Source of the DNA: Gammaproteobacteria bacterium
Lineage (GTDB): Bacteria; Pseudomonadota; Gammaproteobacteria; CBDBNL01; JAAOII01
DNA length: 64,000 nt
Assembly (NCBI GenBank): GCA_965209035.1
Contig: OZ242372.1
Span: 288,001 to 352,000 of the forward strand
Reading direction: 5' to 3'
Part shown: piece after piece, positions 42,864 to 52,992 of the stretch
Numbering within the stretch: position 1 is the stretch's first letter
Layout: every line of letters begins with the position of its first letter
Notes under the pieces: generated by a model
What the model was told of the DNA's origin: nothing
Seen by the model: only the letters and a program-made list of their open reading frames with translations
Database searches by the model: none
Program-made: the position numbers and the translations under genes

Positions 42864-43067
42864 CACAAACAACGGAAACAGATTTGGATCAGATTGCCGT
42901 TTGCCTAAAACGCAAAACCGATGCCAGTCCGGCATCGGCGACAAAAGAAACATGACACAAATAACGGAAACAGATTTGGATCAGATTGCCGTTTGCCTAA
43001 AACGCAAAACCGATGCCAGTCCGACATCAGCGACAAAAGAAACATGACACAAACAACGGAAACAGAT
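42792..43067 (+). repeat. 92-bp tandem repeat x3 spanning the nusB stop / thiL start; encodes two 31-aa mini-ORFs (42860-42955, 42952-43047)
   Basis: ttggatca at 42792, 42884, 42976; ATGA at 42860, 42952, 43044. Confidence 0.93.
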
Positions 43068-44150
43068 AAAGAAACTTCCAATCCGTCTCCCCAACCCGCG
43101 CAAACCCCACCGGACGAATGGGAAACAATCCGTCTAATCAAAGAAATCGTCAACAAAGATTCGCTGTTATCCGACATCGCTTTGCTCCCCATAGGAGACG
43201 ATTGTGCCTGCCTGCAGCCGCGACCTCCCGGTCGGATTTTAAGTTGTTCCGCGGACAGCTTTTACGAAGACACCCACTTCCCCGTCGGTGCGGATCCTTT
43301 TCTCATCGGTTACCGAACTCTCAACGCCGCCGCCTCGGATCTTGCCGCCATGGGATCCTCTCCCTTGGGCTTTTTGTTGGCCGCCGGACTGCCGACACAC
43401 ATGCGACAACGTCAAAACATCGTCCATCTTGCGGCGGGATTTCGGCTAGCCGCTTTGCACACCCGGTTACTTCTTCTCGGCGGTAATCTTTCCGCCAGTG
43501 AGCGGACCAACCTGACCATCACCGTCATTGGTGAAAACCCAAACAAACAATCCGTTCTAAGGCGCGGAACGGCGTCGGTCGGCGACAGTTTGTTCGTAAG
43601 TGGCTGTTTGGGCGGTTCCGCCGCCGGCTTACGGTATGCAAAATTCTCCGCCCAAGAACTTGACACCCGCAGCGCGTCTCTGCGAGCATCTTATTTCTGC
43701 CCGCAAGCAAGACTCCGGCTGGGGGCATCCCTGCGCGGCATTGCATCGTCTTGCATTGACATTTCCGACGGGATTGCCTCGGATCTGCCGCATCTGCTAA
43801 CCCCCGCAGGCATGTCCGTGCCGCCTCACAAAACAATCGGAACAATCGGAACAATCGGAGAAATAGAAAAAGATAGAAAAATGGGCGCACGACTTTTCTT
43901 ATCCGAACTGCCCTTGTCGCCGGAACTCACGCCGACAAGAGAAAACAGAATCCTTGCTCTGACAGGCGACGACTATGAATTGTTATTTACGGTCCCGCCC
44001 GCCCGAGAAAAGATAACAAGCGAACTCGGCGAAAAACTGGGCGTTGCCGTCAAGAAGATTGGCGAGATTACCGCAGAACCGGCTATGGTTTGCACAGAGG
44101 CAGACGGCAAAGAATACCCGTTACCGGCCGGCGGCTACAAACATTTTTAA
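43044..44150 (+). CDS. thiL: Thiamine-monophosphate kinase
   Basis: IGDDCA, ASDLAAMG, LLGGN, IDISDG...DL, GDDYELLFT, GYKHF; start placed at the last ATGA repeat. Confidence 0.92.
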   Translation: MTQTTETDKETSNPSPQPAQTPPDEWETIRLIKEIVNKDSLLSDIALLPIGDDCACLQPRPPGRILSCSADSFYEDTHFPVGADPFLIGYRTLNAAASDLAAMGSSPLGFLLAAGLPTHMRQRQNIVHLAAGFRLAALHTRLLLLGGNLSASERTNLTITVIGENPNKQSVLRRGTASVGDSLFVSGCLGGSAAGLRYAKFSAQELDTRSASLRASYFCPQARLRLGASLRGIASSCIDISDGIASDLPHLLTPAGMSVPPHKTIGTIGTIGEIEKDRKMGARLFLSELPLSPELTPTRENRILALTGDDYELLFTVPPAREKITSELGEKLGVAVKKIGEITAEPAMVCTEADGKEYPLPAGGYKHF

Positions 44151-44219
44151 AACATTCAAACAAAACTGCCTGTTTGTAAAACCATAGCGGGCTATGAAGG
44201 ATATAATGAATCTATTCAC

Positions 44220-44744
44220 ATGCAAAAAATATTCATTGACTGGGAAGAAATAAAACCCGGCCTGCGTAATCCCGTTGTCCTGCTTGCCCAAGGACTCGGA
44301 AGCGGCTGCATACGTCCCTTCCCCGGTCTCTGGGGGACAGGCGCCGCACTTCTCATTTATGTTGTGGTGGTGCATTTTTTTGCGTTGGATCAAAACACCT
44401 GGGCTGCTTGGACTCTGGCTGCCGCCGCTTTCGGTATTCCTTTGGCAACCTACGCCGAGCGGATCATCGGTCAAAAGGATCCCCATTCGGTTGTTTGGGA
44501 CGAATGGTGCGGAGTCTGGCTGGCATTTCTGTACTTGCCTTTCAGTTTCACCATCCTCATCATTGGTTTTTTTCTTTTCCGATTTCTGGATATCAGAAAA
44601 CCTTGGATCATTGGCATGGCGGACAGCCGCTTAAAAGGAGGATTGGGTATTATGCTGGATGATATTATTGCCGGTGTCGCGGTCAATATTTTCTTGCAGG
44701 TTCTCTTATTTGTCTTGCGAGGATTCGGAGTGAATCCAATTTAA
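44220..44744 (+). CDS. pgpA: Phosphatidylglycerophosphatase A
   Basis: GLGSG...PGLWGT, DPHSVVWDEWCG, FRFLDI.KPW.I, GGLGIMLDDIIAG. Confidence 0.94.
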   Translation: MQKIFIDWEEIKPGLRNPVVLLAQGLGSGCIRPFPGLWGTGAALLIYVVVVHFFALDQNTWAAWTLAAAAFGIPLATYAERIIGQKDPHSVVWDEWCGVWLAFLYLPFSFTILIIGFFLFRFLDIRKPWIIGMADSRLKGGLGIMLDDIIAGVAVNIFLQVLLFVLRGFGVNPI

Positions 44745-44820
44745 ATTAGACTTTTATTCCCTTATTGAATCAATAATACGCGCCCTTAACAAAAATAAAC
44801 AATAAGGATATCAATCCTTA

Positions 44821-45942
44821 TTAATGCCTATATATGCCGCCCAAAGGACGCTCTCCTTTGGCACGGGTTACAACCGGCAGATTGCCCGGCTTTTTTTCCA
44901 AAGCACACTTTGCCAACCAAGCAAAAGCGAGCGGCTCCACCCATTGTGCCGCAACACCCAGTTCGTCTATGAGACGAATCTCGCAATGCACTAGTTTCTT
45001 AATACGCTCCACCAAGTAAGTATTTTTAGTTCCGCCGCCGGATAAATACAACACCGCAGATTCGCGCGGTTTGATTTCTTCGCAAACACCCAGCGAGATA
45101 CACAAGGCGGTCAGGTCGGCAAAGGTTGCCTGCACATCTTCCGCCTTAGGGCTTATCTTAAGTTTCTTGATGTGACCTTCCCCCCACCGCAAGTTGAAAT
45201 AAGCCCGCCCGGTAGATTTTGGCGGCGTCCGCGAAAAATAAGGATCCTGCAAAAAAGAATACAGCAATTCGTTAATGCACTCGCCGGAGCGCGCCCACTC
45301 GCCCCGATCATCAAAAGGCATATCCAGATGCTTCTCCGCCCACTCATCCATCAAACAGTTTGCCGGACCCAAGTCAAAGCCACCGACGACTGTCCCGTTA
45401 AATATCATCGTCAAGTTAGATATTCCGCCCATATTGATGATACCGCGGTCCGTATCGGCATCCGCAAAATATTCCTGATGAAACCCCGATGCCAGGGGCG
45501 CCCCCTCTCCGCCCGCCGCCATATCGCGCCGGCGAAAATCCGTAACAACCGTAATGTTCGTCATCTCGGTCAAAATATTCGGATCCCCGATTTGCATCGT
45601 CCGATGTTTTTCCGGGTTATGGGCAATGGTTTGACCGGGATAACCGATCGCACGGACATCTTCCGACTTGGTGTTGGATTGTTTTAGAAGCGCCAAAACC
45701 GCTTGCGTCGCCATCTCGGAGATTTGAGATTCCAACCATGCCAACTCATCCAAGTCACAAGTTTGCCGTTTGTTCAGTTTGAGCAGCCGCTCTCTGACTT
45801 CCGCAAAAAAAGGAACAGAAACAGAAGCCAGCATTTGAGGAGGCCTGGCGGACATGTCCGCCAAAACACCGTCCATCGCATCCAGACTGGTCCCCGACAT
45901 CAGGCCCACAAAATATCCGGGAGCCTGATTATTAGATGCCAT
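44821..45942 (-). CDS. anmK: Anhydro-N-acetylmuramic acid kinase
   Basis: GLMSGTSLDAMD, GQTI.H.P, DFRRRDMAAGGEGAPL, NMGGISN, PPKSTGR, EPLAFAWLA. Confidence 0.95.
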   Translation of the reverse strand: MASNNQAPGYFVGLMSGTSLDAMDGVLADMSARPPQMLASVSVPFFAEVRERLLKLNKRQTCDLDELAWLESQISEMATQAVLALLKQSNTKSEDVRAIGYPGQTIAHNPEKHRTMQIGDPNILTEMTNITVVTDFRRRDMAAGGEGAPLASGFHQEYFADADTDRGIINMGGISNLTMIFNGTVVGGFDLGPANCLMDEWAEKHLDMPFDDRGEWARSGECINELLYSFLQDPYFSRTPPKSTGRAYFNLRWGEGHIKKLKISPKAEDVQATFADLTALCISLGVCEEIKPRESAVLYLSGGGTKNTYLVERIKKLVHCEIRLIDELGVAAQWVEPLAFAWLAKCALEKKPGNLPVVTRAKGERPLGGIYRH

Positions 45943-47338
45943 TACCGGTCAGTTGTGCCGTGTCTCCCTCTTGCCAGTCCAGTTCGCGTTGTCCGTATTC
46001 GGCAATCACCCCCTTGGCATAACGCCGAAACCTTTGCAGTTCACTTTTGTGTAACTTGGCATTTCTCGGCAGTCTGACTGTCAGCGGATTATGATGCACC
46101 CCATTAATACGAAATTCATAATGGAGATGCGGACCGGTGGACAGCCCGGTGGAACCAACATAACCAATCACATCCCCCTGTTTGATCCTCTTACCGCGCG
46201 ACATCCCGCGGGCATACCCGTGCATATGCGCATAAAGAGTCTGATAACCCGAACCGTGATTAATGATAATCGTTTTACCGTAACCGCTTTTATAGCCCAC
46301 ATGAGATATGACGCCATTGCCGGCCGAATTAATCGGCGTGCCTCTTCGGGCGGCAAAGTCAGTCCCTCTGTGCGGGCGGACTCTGTTCAAAATAGGGTGT
46401 CGCCGCTTGAGATTAAAGCGCGAACTGATGCGCGAAAACTTGACCGGCATCCGCAGAAAGCGCGTTTTCATAGATTCTCCGTTCGGCGTGAAGTAACCCG
46501 TTTCCCCGGCGTTATTGGTGTACCGGATCGCGGTAATCTCTTTTCCCCGATTAACGAACTTAACCAAGGTGATGGTGTCCTGCTGCACCGTTTGATTGTC
46601 AACCAGCAGGTCTTCAAGTAGCATAGAAAATGTATCGCCCTTACGAACATCATTGGCAAAGTCTATGTCATAGGCAAAAATCTCCGCAAAGCGAATCACC
46701 AGAGCATCGCTCATACCAATATTCAGACCGTCTCTGTATAGCGAACTCTGAATCTCTCCGCCAAGATAACGATGTTGCTTGCTGTACTCGGCGGTATAAG
46801 CGGCACTCCGATACTTGCCTTCACCATAATTAAGATAACTCGTCCCGCTAATCGCCCCCTCCATCACAATCAGTTCTTTCAAAGAGTCATCCGGATGCAG
46901 CGCAATATAAAGTAAATTATTGCGCGGCAATTTGTTTAGTTTGCGCCGTTCCTTGGCACTCACGGATTTCACCAGTTCGTTAACCTCGCCGGTATCCAAT
47001 TGCAGTCGGGAAAAAAGCTTGGTGAGGTCTTCTCCTTTTTGCAGTTTGACCCGAAATCGTCTCGGCAACAAGGACAGTGACAGTGCTTCGGCTTCAGCGG
47101 TACCCGGCACAAGATCCACAACAGGCAACGGTTTTTGAAACGATACGGGAATCACTTGTTCGGCGGGTTCTTCCTTAAGAGCAAAAGAAATGGCGAATAA
47201 CCCGAGAAACAAGATGAGAATACTAAACAGTCGCTTCTCTTTTTTCTCGTAGTTATTTTTGTAGATACCTTTGTGGTTACCTTTAAGGCTACTGTTAAGG
47301 CTACTGTATTTGAAATCCCGTTTTCTGAAGAACTGCAT
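45932..47338 (-). CDS. M23-family peptidoglycan DD-endopeptidase (MepM-like)
   Basis: TM anchor, RISSRF..RRHPI, HRGTDFAA (HxxxD), TLYAHM, STGPHLHYE (HxH). Confidence 0.93.
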   Translation of the reverse strand: MQFFRKRDFKYSSLNSSLKGNHKGIYKNNYEKKEKRLFSILILFLGLFAISFALKEEPAEQVIPVSFQKPLPVVDLVPGTAEAEALSLSLLPRRFRVKLQKGEDLTKLFSRLQLDTGEVNELVKSVSAKERRKLNKLPRNNLLYIALHPDDSLKELIVMEGAISGTSYLNYGEGKYRSAAYTAEYSKQHRYLGGEIQSSLYRDGLNIGMSDALVIRFAEIFAYDIDFANDVRKGDTFSMLLEDLLVDNQTVQQDTITLVKFVNRGKEITAIRYTNNAGETGYFTPNGESMKTRFLRMPVKFSRISSRFNLKRRHPILNRVRPHRGTDFAARRGTPINSAGNGVISHVGYKSGYGKTIIINHGSGYQTLYAHMHGYARGMSRGKRIKQGDVIGYVGSTGLSTGPHLHYEFRINGVHHNPLTVRLPRNAKLHKSELQRFRRYAKGVIAEYGQRELDWQEGDTAQLTGNGI

Positions 47339-47600
47339 TTGTTTTATTATACCCGATTTTTATTCAAAATGAATGACAGTGTGCATCATCCAAACGCCTC
47401 CAACACTTAAATAAGTTTCGGAAGTCAAGAACTCTCTCAGATTGATTGGGCTAAAAGGTATTAGACCCAATACTTTTTTGTAACACCGGTATGTTGGTTT
47501 TTTATTACGGCAGCGTGTTGAACCGCGACATCGCATCCATACCCAGATGTTTATTTAAATGTTTAAATAGTTAAATCAAAAAGTAAAAACGCCTTCTTTC

Positions 47601-47879
47601 TTAACGCAACATAAAGAATAGTGCAGCAACAATCGCGATAATCAATGATGCAATAATACCTGACATGTAAGGCGACATTTTTGCAAATCTTTCTATTTTG
47701 GCTAATTTCCCTTCCCGTAGTTCTTTTACTTGTTCTATAAGACCTTTACTCACTTCCACATCCGGGTCACCAAAAATATTTTTCTCTAACTTTTGTAACC
47801 TTGCTTCCGTATCGCTTATTTTCCGGGGCGGGACATTCGGATCGCGTAATTCTTCTTTTGGAGTAGAATATTCACCCAT
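47601..47879 (-). CDS. Small hypothetical protein, coiled-coil plus C-terminal TM helix
   Basis: AT-rich 92-aa ORF, hydrophobic terminal segment IIASLIIAIVAALFFML. Confidence 0.55.
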   Translation of the reverse strand: MGEYSTPKEELRDPNVPPRKISDTEARLQKLEKNIFGDPDVEVSKGLIEQVKELREGKLAKIERFAKMSPYMSGIIASLIIAIVAALFFMLR

Positions 47880-48211
47880 CCTTTACTCTTTGGATTCTTT
47901 TGATTCTTTTTCTGATCACTTGGCCGAGACGGAGCTGTTACTAGAAAATCCCAAAATTTTTGCGAATAAAACCCATTGTAAGATCCAATCTCCGTAGCAA
48001 ACCCGACCATTTTTCCCTCCGGGTTAAAACCGGTCTTTTCTATTACCGAAGAGACAGTTTGACCTTCGGTTTTAATCGCCCAGGTAGTGGAATTGTTTAG
48101 TTGGTAGACATTCTCTTTTCCATACATACCTTTCAACTTCTCATCTATATCCGTATGCGCCGGAATAGCCCCTTTTTCAAAATAAATTAAATATGTCTTG
48201 AAATTCGCCAT
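47816..48211 (-). CDS. Hypothetical protein
   Basis: AT-rich 131-aa ORF; first ~90 aa look globular (TYLIYF...STTWAIK...GFYSQKFWDFL); tail overlaps the next ORF by 64 nt. Confidence 0.55.
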   Translation of the reverse strand: MANFKTYLIYFEKGAIPAHTDIDEKLKGMYGKENVYQLNNSTTWAIKTEGQTVSSVIEKTGFNPEGKMVGFATEIGSYNGFYSQKFWDFLVTAPSRPSDQKKNQKNPKSKGWVNILLQKKNYAIRMSRPGK

Positions 48212-48637
48212 AACAATAGTATATCACATCTTGATAAATAAAATCATGCAATGATTTCTTTTATCTCGCGACTCCTTAACAAAAATGCTGATACACGGTT
48301 CTCCCGTATAACGGTCGCCGGAAAATTTTTCAGAAAACCCTACCGCTGTAATATTGGGTATCTTGAGATAATCCAACGCTTGTTGAGCTGCGATATCTAC
48401 AGCACGCTTTGCGATTTTTTGCCTTAAGATACTGTAAATGTTTGGTTATATTGTGAACTCAAGTAACTAGTGCAACACTGTGAAATGTTTCCAAAATAAT
48501 GCACGAGATGATCCGGCTCTTTTTAGACCGCCCGCATAGATCCGCATAGGTCCCAAAATACAAAATACAACATTAAAAAACATTTAAATTACCAAGCCAG
48601 CAAGTCACCAAACGACCAAATAAAGTATAATAACAAT

Positions 48638-49315
48638 ATGATGCAAAACAAACTAACAATCTTATTGGCACTTGTGCTCCTTATGTTCATGAGTGCCGTC
48701 ATTAAAGCGGAAACACTTAAAAGGTCCACCCTGTCCACTCCGGTGGAAGGTCGCCATTATACGGTTTTGAAAAACCCCGGCAAAACAAAAGCCCCAACCG
48801 GCAAGGTGGAAGTCGTCGAGTTTTTCTGGTATGGCTGCCCGCACTGTTACAGGCTGGAACCCTATATGGAAAGTTGGGAAGCAAGCAAACCGGATGATGC
48901 CTATTTGCGACGCATTCCCGTTCCCTATAACAAGCTGTGGAATCTGCATGCTCGCACCTATTACACCGCCGAAAAACTGAAGGTTTTGGCAAAAAGCCAT
49001 CGCCCGTTTTTTGATGCCATTCACAAGGAGCGAAAGCCTCTTACTTCACAAAGAGCAATTGCCGGGTTCTTCACCCAATACGGCATCACAACAAAAGACT
49101 TTAACGACACCTTTTCTTCTTTTAGTGTGGAAGCCAGAATACGGCTCGCATCAAAAGATTCGGATTTTTACAAGATAGACGGTGTCCCGAATATAATCAT
49201 CAACGGCAAGTACAAAACCAACCCTAATATGGCAGGGTCCGAAGCCAATATGATCACAGTCATTCGTTATCTCGTAGAACAGGAAAGAAAAAATCCTTCC
49301 GACACTTCGGGATAA
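48638..49315 (+). CDS. dsbA: Thiol:disulfide oxidoreductase DsbA
   Basis: Signal peptide, VVEFFWYGCPHCY, GVP..IINGKY. Confidence 0.94.
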   Translation: MMQNKLTILLALVLLMFMSAVIKAETLKRSTLSTPVEGRHYTVLKNPGKTKAPTGKVEVVEFFWYGCPHCYRLEPYMESWEASKPDDAYLRRIPVPYNKLWNLHARTYYTAEKLKVLAKSHRPFFDAIHKERKPLTSQRAIAGFFTQYGITTKDFNDTFSSFSVEARIRLASKDSDFYKIDGVPNIIINGKYKTNPNMAGSEANMITVIRYLVEQERKNPSDTSG

Positions 49316-49598
49316 ACAATGCACAGCCCGCAGGCTGTTGTTTGTGTTTGTGTTTGCGTTAAAGAAACAACAAACTTAGGCAGCCGCCTGTTTAAACCTT
49401 AACTCGTTAAGCCTGTTAATCCCATTAAGCCCATATAAGCGGCGGCTTGGCACTTAGTGCCATTCGTGGGATAAACAATTCACAGCCCACAGGCTGTTGT
49501 TTGTGTTTGTGTTTTTTAAGAAACCACCAAACTTAGGCAGCCGCCTGTTCAAACCTTAACCCGTTAATCCCATAACCGGCGGCTTGGCACTTAGTGCC
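49309..49598. repeat. Diverged duplication of the whole dsbA-folA convergent intergenic region (49309-49461 and 49468-49598)
   Basis: Both copies start gggataaacaat.cacagccc (dsbA stop) and end ggcggcttggcacttagtgcc (folA stop). Confidence 0.88.
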
Positions 49599-50604
49599 GA
49601 CCGTCCGATTTGCGGTCCTTACGATCCTTGCGATCCAGGATAAGAAACCTGTATTTCCATCCGCCGTCCGTGCCTCTTTCTTCTGTCGTCGTCACCCAAT
49701 CCTTCATATCGTATTCGGGAAAGAATACATCCCCGCGGATGTCCGCCTCAACCAGGGTGACATACATCCGGTCGGCGTCTTTGATAGATTGACGGTAAAG
49801 TTCCGCACCGCCGATTACAAAGATTTCTGCATCGCTGTCTTTCTCTTGCTCTTTCTCCTTCTTTTTCCCATTTTCTCCCCCCGCCCGGCTGTCGGCGTTC
49901 GCACAGTCTGCCGGGCTTGTACGCGGAATGAACTTCCATCCTTTGTGTGACGACCCGGGAGGCGATATCTCTTGAGTTTCCGACTTAGCGGATGCCTTGC
50001 GGATGTCGCCCATATATTTGATGTAGTCTTTAATATAGCCGCCTTCCCGCTGTTCTTTAGACAGTCCCGGCGGCAGTTCGGGTAAAAAATCTCGGAGTTG
50101 TCGGATAGGATCCGTCCCGGTATTATTTTGATCCGCTACCCTCCCGGCTGAATATGCATCCCCTTTCCGCGCGTCTTCTCCACTCACCTTTTTGTCAGAA
50201 CTCCCGGCAAGGCGGTCCATATGCACAATGTGACTTGCCAAAAAATAAGCATCTTCCAGATTAGTGCATAACAGGGTTCCCGGATAGGCGGCGGATAGAC
50301 GCGCAGACAAAACCAAGTTATACCTTCCGGGCAAGGGCTTGCCGATAGAAAGATAAGTATTCTTTCCCATGATGACCGGCTTACCGAGTGTCACTTGCCT
50401 GAACCTTCGCAGGTCCTGCGGCAGATGCAGCGGAAAACCCTGTTGATCCTGCGTGTCCTGTTGGGCACGCCGGCGAAAAAATGTTTTGCCGTCGCGCACA
50501 TAGTGTTTTAGATGGTCGTAAGGATGCAGCGGCATGATCCGATACTTACCGGTGCCCAAACCGATACAACGATTACGGCTGTGGGCGACGATTAATGATA
50601 TCTT
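49591..50604 (-). CDS. folA: Dihydrofolate reductase with two large insertions; start codon unresolved
   Basis: [15 protein letters not shown] (in frame upstream of the tracked ORF), [59 protein letters not shown]. Confidence 0.85.
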   Translation of the reverse strand, partial: KISLIVAHSRNRCIGLGTGKYRIMPLHPYDHLKHYVRDGKTFFRRRAQQDTQDQQGFPLHLPQDLRRFRQVTLGKPVIMGKNTYLSIGKPLPGRYNLVLSARLSAAYPGTLLCTNLEDAYFLASHIVHMDRLAGSSDKKVSGEDARKGDAYSAGRVADQNNTGTDPIRQLRDFLPELPPGLSKEQREGGYIKDYIKYMGDIRKASAKSETQEISPPGSSHKGWKFIPRTSPADCANADSRAGGENGKKKEKEQEKDSDAEIFVIGGAELYRQSIKDADRMYVTLVEADIRGDVFFPEYDMKDWVTTTEERGTDGGWKYRFLILDRKDRKDRKSDGRH

Positions 50605-50694
50605 TGAGATTTTAGTATCTTGCCGGATGTCCGGTGCTCGTCGGGATCCCAGCCGATGCGGTGAAAAGATTCCGCGAAAAACTGTGCATCCGCT

Positions 50695-52992
50695 CTATAA
50701 TTTTTGGAAATTGGTATAGCGTAAAATCAACCACATTTTTCCTTCCGTTTCAAAATCCACTTCCACACGCGCACCTTCCCCCCGTCCTTCCGTGTCAGTC
50801 ACCACTCCGTAGCCATAAGAAGGATGGAGCACTCCCTGTCCTTTTTTCATCTTGGGCGCGGAATAGCGAAGTGCCCAATTAGGTGCCCCTTGCTTGTTGC
50901 TTTGGGCTTCGAAGGCAGGGGAGGCATCGGAAGCATCGGGGGCATCAGAGGCATCATGATCATTGTGGTCATCAGAAGCGTCCGAATGATCGGAGTTATC
51001 TTCTCGTTCTTTTTTTTCCTCTTCCTCTTGCCCGGATAGCCCGACATTCTCCAACAGTTCTTCCGGGATCTCTTCCACAAAGCGGGAGACGGCCTGCTCG
51101 GAACCATAGCCGTTAGAGCGCAGGACATAAGAGATCATATGCAGCCGCCGACAGGCACGGGTAATTCCCACATAACACAACCGCCTCTCCTCTTCCAGAT
51201 TTTCCGATTTGAAAAGAGAATTCTCGTGCGGCAACAACCCTTCGTTCATTCCCACCATAAAGACCAAAGGAAACTCCAAACCTTTCGCCGAATGCAGCGT
51301 CATCAACTGCACCGCATCCTGTGCTTTTGTCTCTTCTCTTTCCCCGCCGGCTTCCAACGCGGCCGTATTAAGAAATGCCGACATCCCCGCCACCCCTCCT
51401 ATTGGGATACCGGAAGCCGCATTCACCAGTTCCCGCAGATTTTCCTTGCGGGCTTCGCCATCTTTTTCGTCTTCCAAGTTTTCGTAGTAATGTGCCAACC
51501 CGCTTTGTTTAATCACTTGTAAAACGGTTTCCGGCAGGGTCAGCCGCGCAATCTCTTCCCGCATCTTCTCGAGCAATGTCAAAAACTGTTGCAACGGCAC
51601 GGCGGCGCGCGCCGGCAAGATGTTCTCGGCAAGCAACTGCTCCGCCGCAACCGGGTAAGACAGAGAATGCGACTCCGCACGGGAAGTGATTTTTGCCAAA
51701 GTGGCTGCGCCAATGCCTCGCCTTGGAACATTAATAGCACGCACAAATGCCACACCATCCAACGGGTTAACGATGAGCCGCATATAAGCAAGGGCATCTT
51801 TAATTTCCGTTCTTTCATAAAAGCGCAAGCCGCCGTATATGCGGTATGGCAAATTGGCACGCACAAAAACACTTTCAAGGACGCGAGATTGGGCGTTGGT
51901 TCTGTAAAGGACGGCACAATCGCTCGGCTTGCCGCCGCTATCCGTATGCTCCCGGACGGTGTCCGCCACATAAAATGCTTCCGCCGTGTCGGTTTGCGCC
52001 CGGTAAAACTTGACGGGCGTCTTGTCCCGGTCGCTTGTCCAGAGTTTTTTACCCAGCCGGTCGGCGTTGTGTTCTATTAAGTGGTTCGCCGCTTCAAGGA
52101 TCGGCGAGGTGGAACGGTAATTCTGCTCCAAGCGAAAGACACGCACATCCTTGAATAACTTATTAAAACGAAGGATGTTGCCGATGTCCGCACCGCGCCA
52201 ACCATAGATGGATTGATCCTCATCGCCAACCGCCATCACATAATTCGGTCGTTTGGGATCCGGCGAATCCTGTAATAGCCGAATGAGACCAATCTGCATT
52301 TGATTGGTATCTTGAAACTCGTCCACCAGAATACACCGAAACTGACGACGGTAATGTGCGAGGATATCCGGCTTGTTCTTCAGAAGTTCATAAAGCCGCA
52401 ATAGAAGTTCGGAAAAATCCACCATACTCTCCGCCGCTGCGGTTTTCTCGTACAGTTTATAGGCCTCCAGCATCATCTCTTGCGTGTAGTGATTGCCGAT
52501 CACAACATCCCGGCTGCGCAGTCCTTCCTCCTTCCAGCCGGAGATTTTGTTTCGCAATTCATTCGGACTCAACTTGCCCATGCCTTGGGATACCGAACCC
52601 GCCTGTTTGAGAATACGCCGAATGAATGTCAGTTGATCTCCGCTATCTGATATGGAAAAGTTTTTTTCCAAGCCCGCCTCTTCCCAATGTCTGTGCAGGA
52701 TGCGGTTCGCCATGGAATGAAAGGTATTGCACCACAGCCCGACCGGCGAGCGTTTCAATATCACGCTGATGCGGGCACGCATCTCCTTTGCCGCTTTATT
52801 GGTAAAGGTCACTGACAAAACGGAATCCGGTATGAACCCTTCTTCCGTCAAAAGCCAGGCAAACCGATGCACCAGGACGCGCGTCTTACCGCTACCCGCC
52901 CCCGCAAGAACCAACGCATTGCAAAGAGGGGCGGAAACCGCCGCACGCTGCTGTTCGTTCAAGCCTTTAAGAATAGCAGAATCTTGCATCAT
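50695..52992 (-). CDS. uvrD: DNA helicase II (UvrD/PcrA family)
   Basis: LNEQQRAAV, AGAGSGKT, TFTNKAA, VDEFQD, GDEDQSIYGWRGA, LEQNYRS, TLHSAKGLEF, EEERRLCYVGITRA, C-terminal Tudor-like domain; start moved to ATG 52992. Confidence 0.95.
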   Translation of the reverse strand: MMQDSAILKGLNEQQRAAVSAPLCNALVLAGAGSGKTRVLVHRFAWLLTEEGFIPDSVLSVTFTNKAAKEMRARISVILKRSPVGLWCNTFHSMANRILHRHWEEAGLEKNFSISDSGDQLTFIRRILKQAGSVSQGMGKLSPNELRNKISGWKEEGLRSRDVVIGNHYTQEMMLEAYKLYEKTAAAESMVDFSELLLRLYELLKNKPDILAHYRRQFRCILVDEFQDTNQMQIGLIRLLQDSPDPKRPNYVMAVGDEDQSIYGWRGADIGNILRFNKLFKDVRVFRLEQNYRSTSPILEAANHLIEHNADRLGKKLWTSDRDKTPVKFYRAQTDTAEAFYVADTVREHTDSGGKPSDCAVLYRTNAQSRVLESVFVRANLPYRIYGGLRFYERTEIKDALAYMRLIVNPLDGVAFVRAINVPRRGIGAATLAKITSRAESHSLSYPVAAEQLLAENILPARAAVPLQQFLTLLEKMREEIARLTLPETVLQVIKQSGLAHYYENLEDEKDGEARKENLRELVNAASGIPIGGVAGMSAFLNTAALEAGGEREETKAQDAVQLMTLHSAKGLEFPLVFMVGMNEGLLPHENSLFKSENLEEERRLCYVGITRACRRLHMISYVLRSNGYGSEQAVSRFVEEIPEELLENVGLSGQEEEEKKEREDNSDHSDASDDHNDHDASDAPDASDASPAFEAQSNKQGAPNWALRYSAPKMKKGQGVLHPSYGYGVVTDTEGRGEGARVEVDFETEGKMWLILRYTNFQKL

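Noticed and set aside
42921-43043. Tracked N-terminal extension of ThiL
   Set aside because: Off-frame reading of the 92-bp repeat; ATGA start at 43044 fits better
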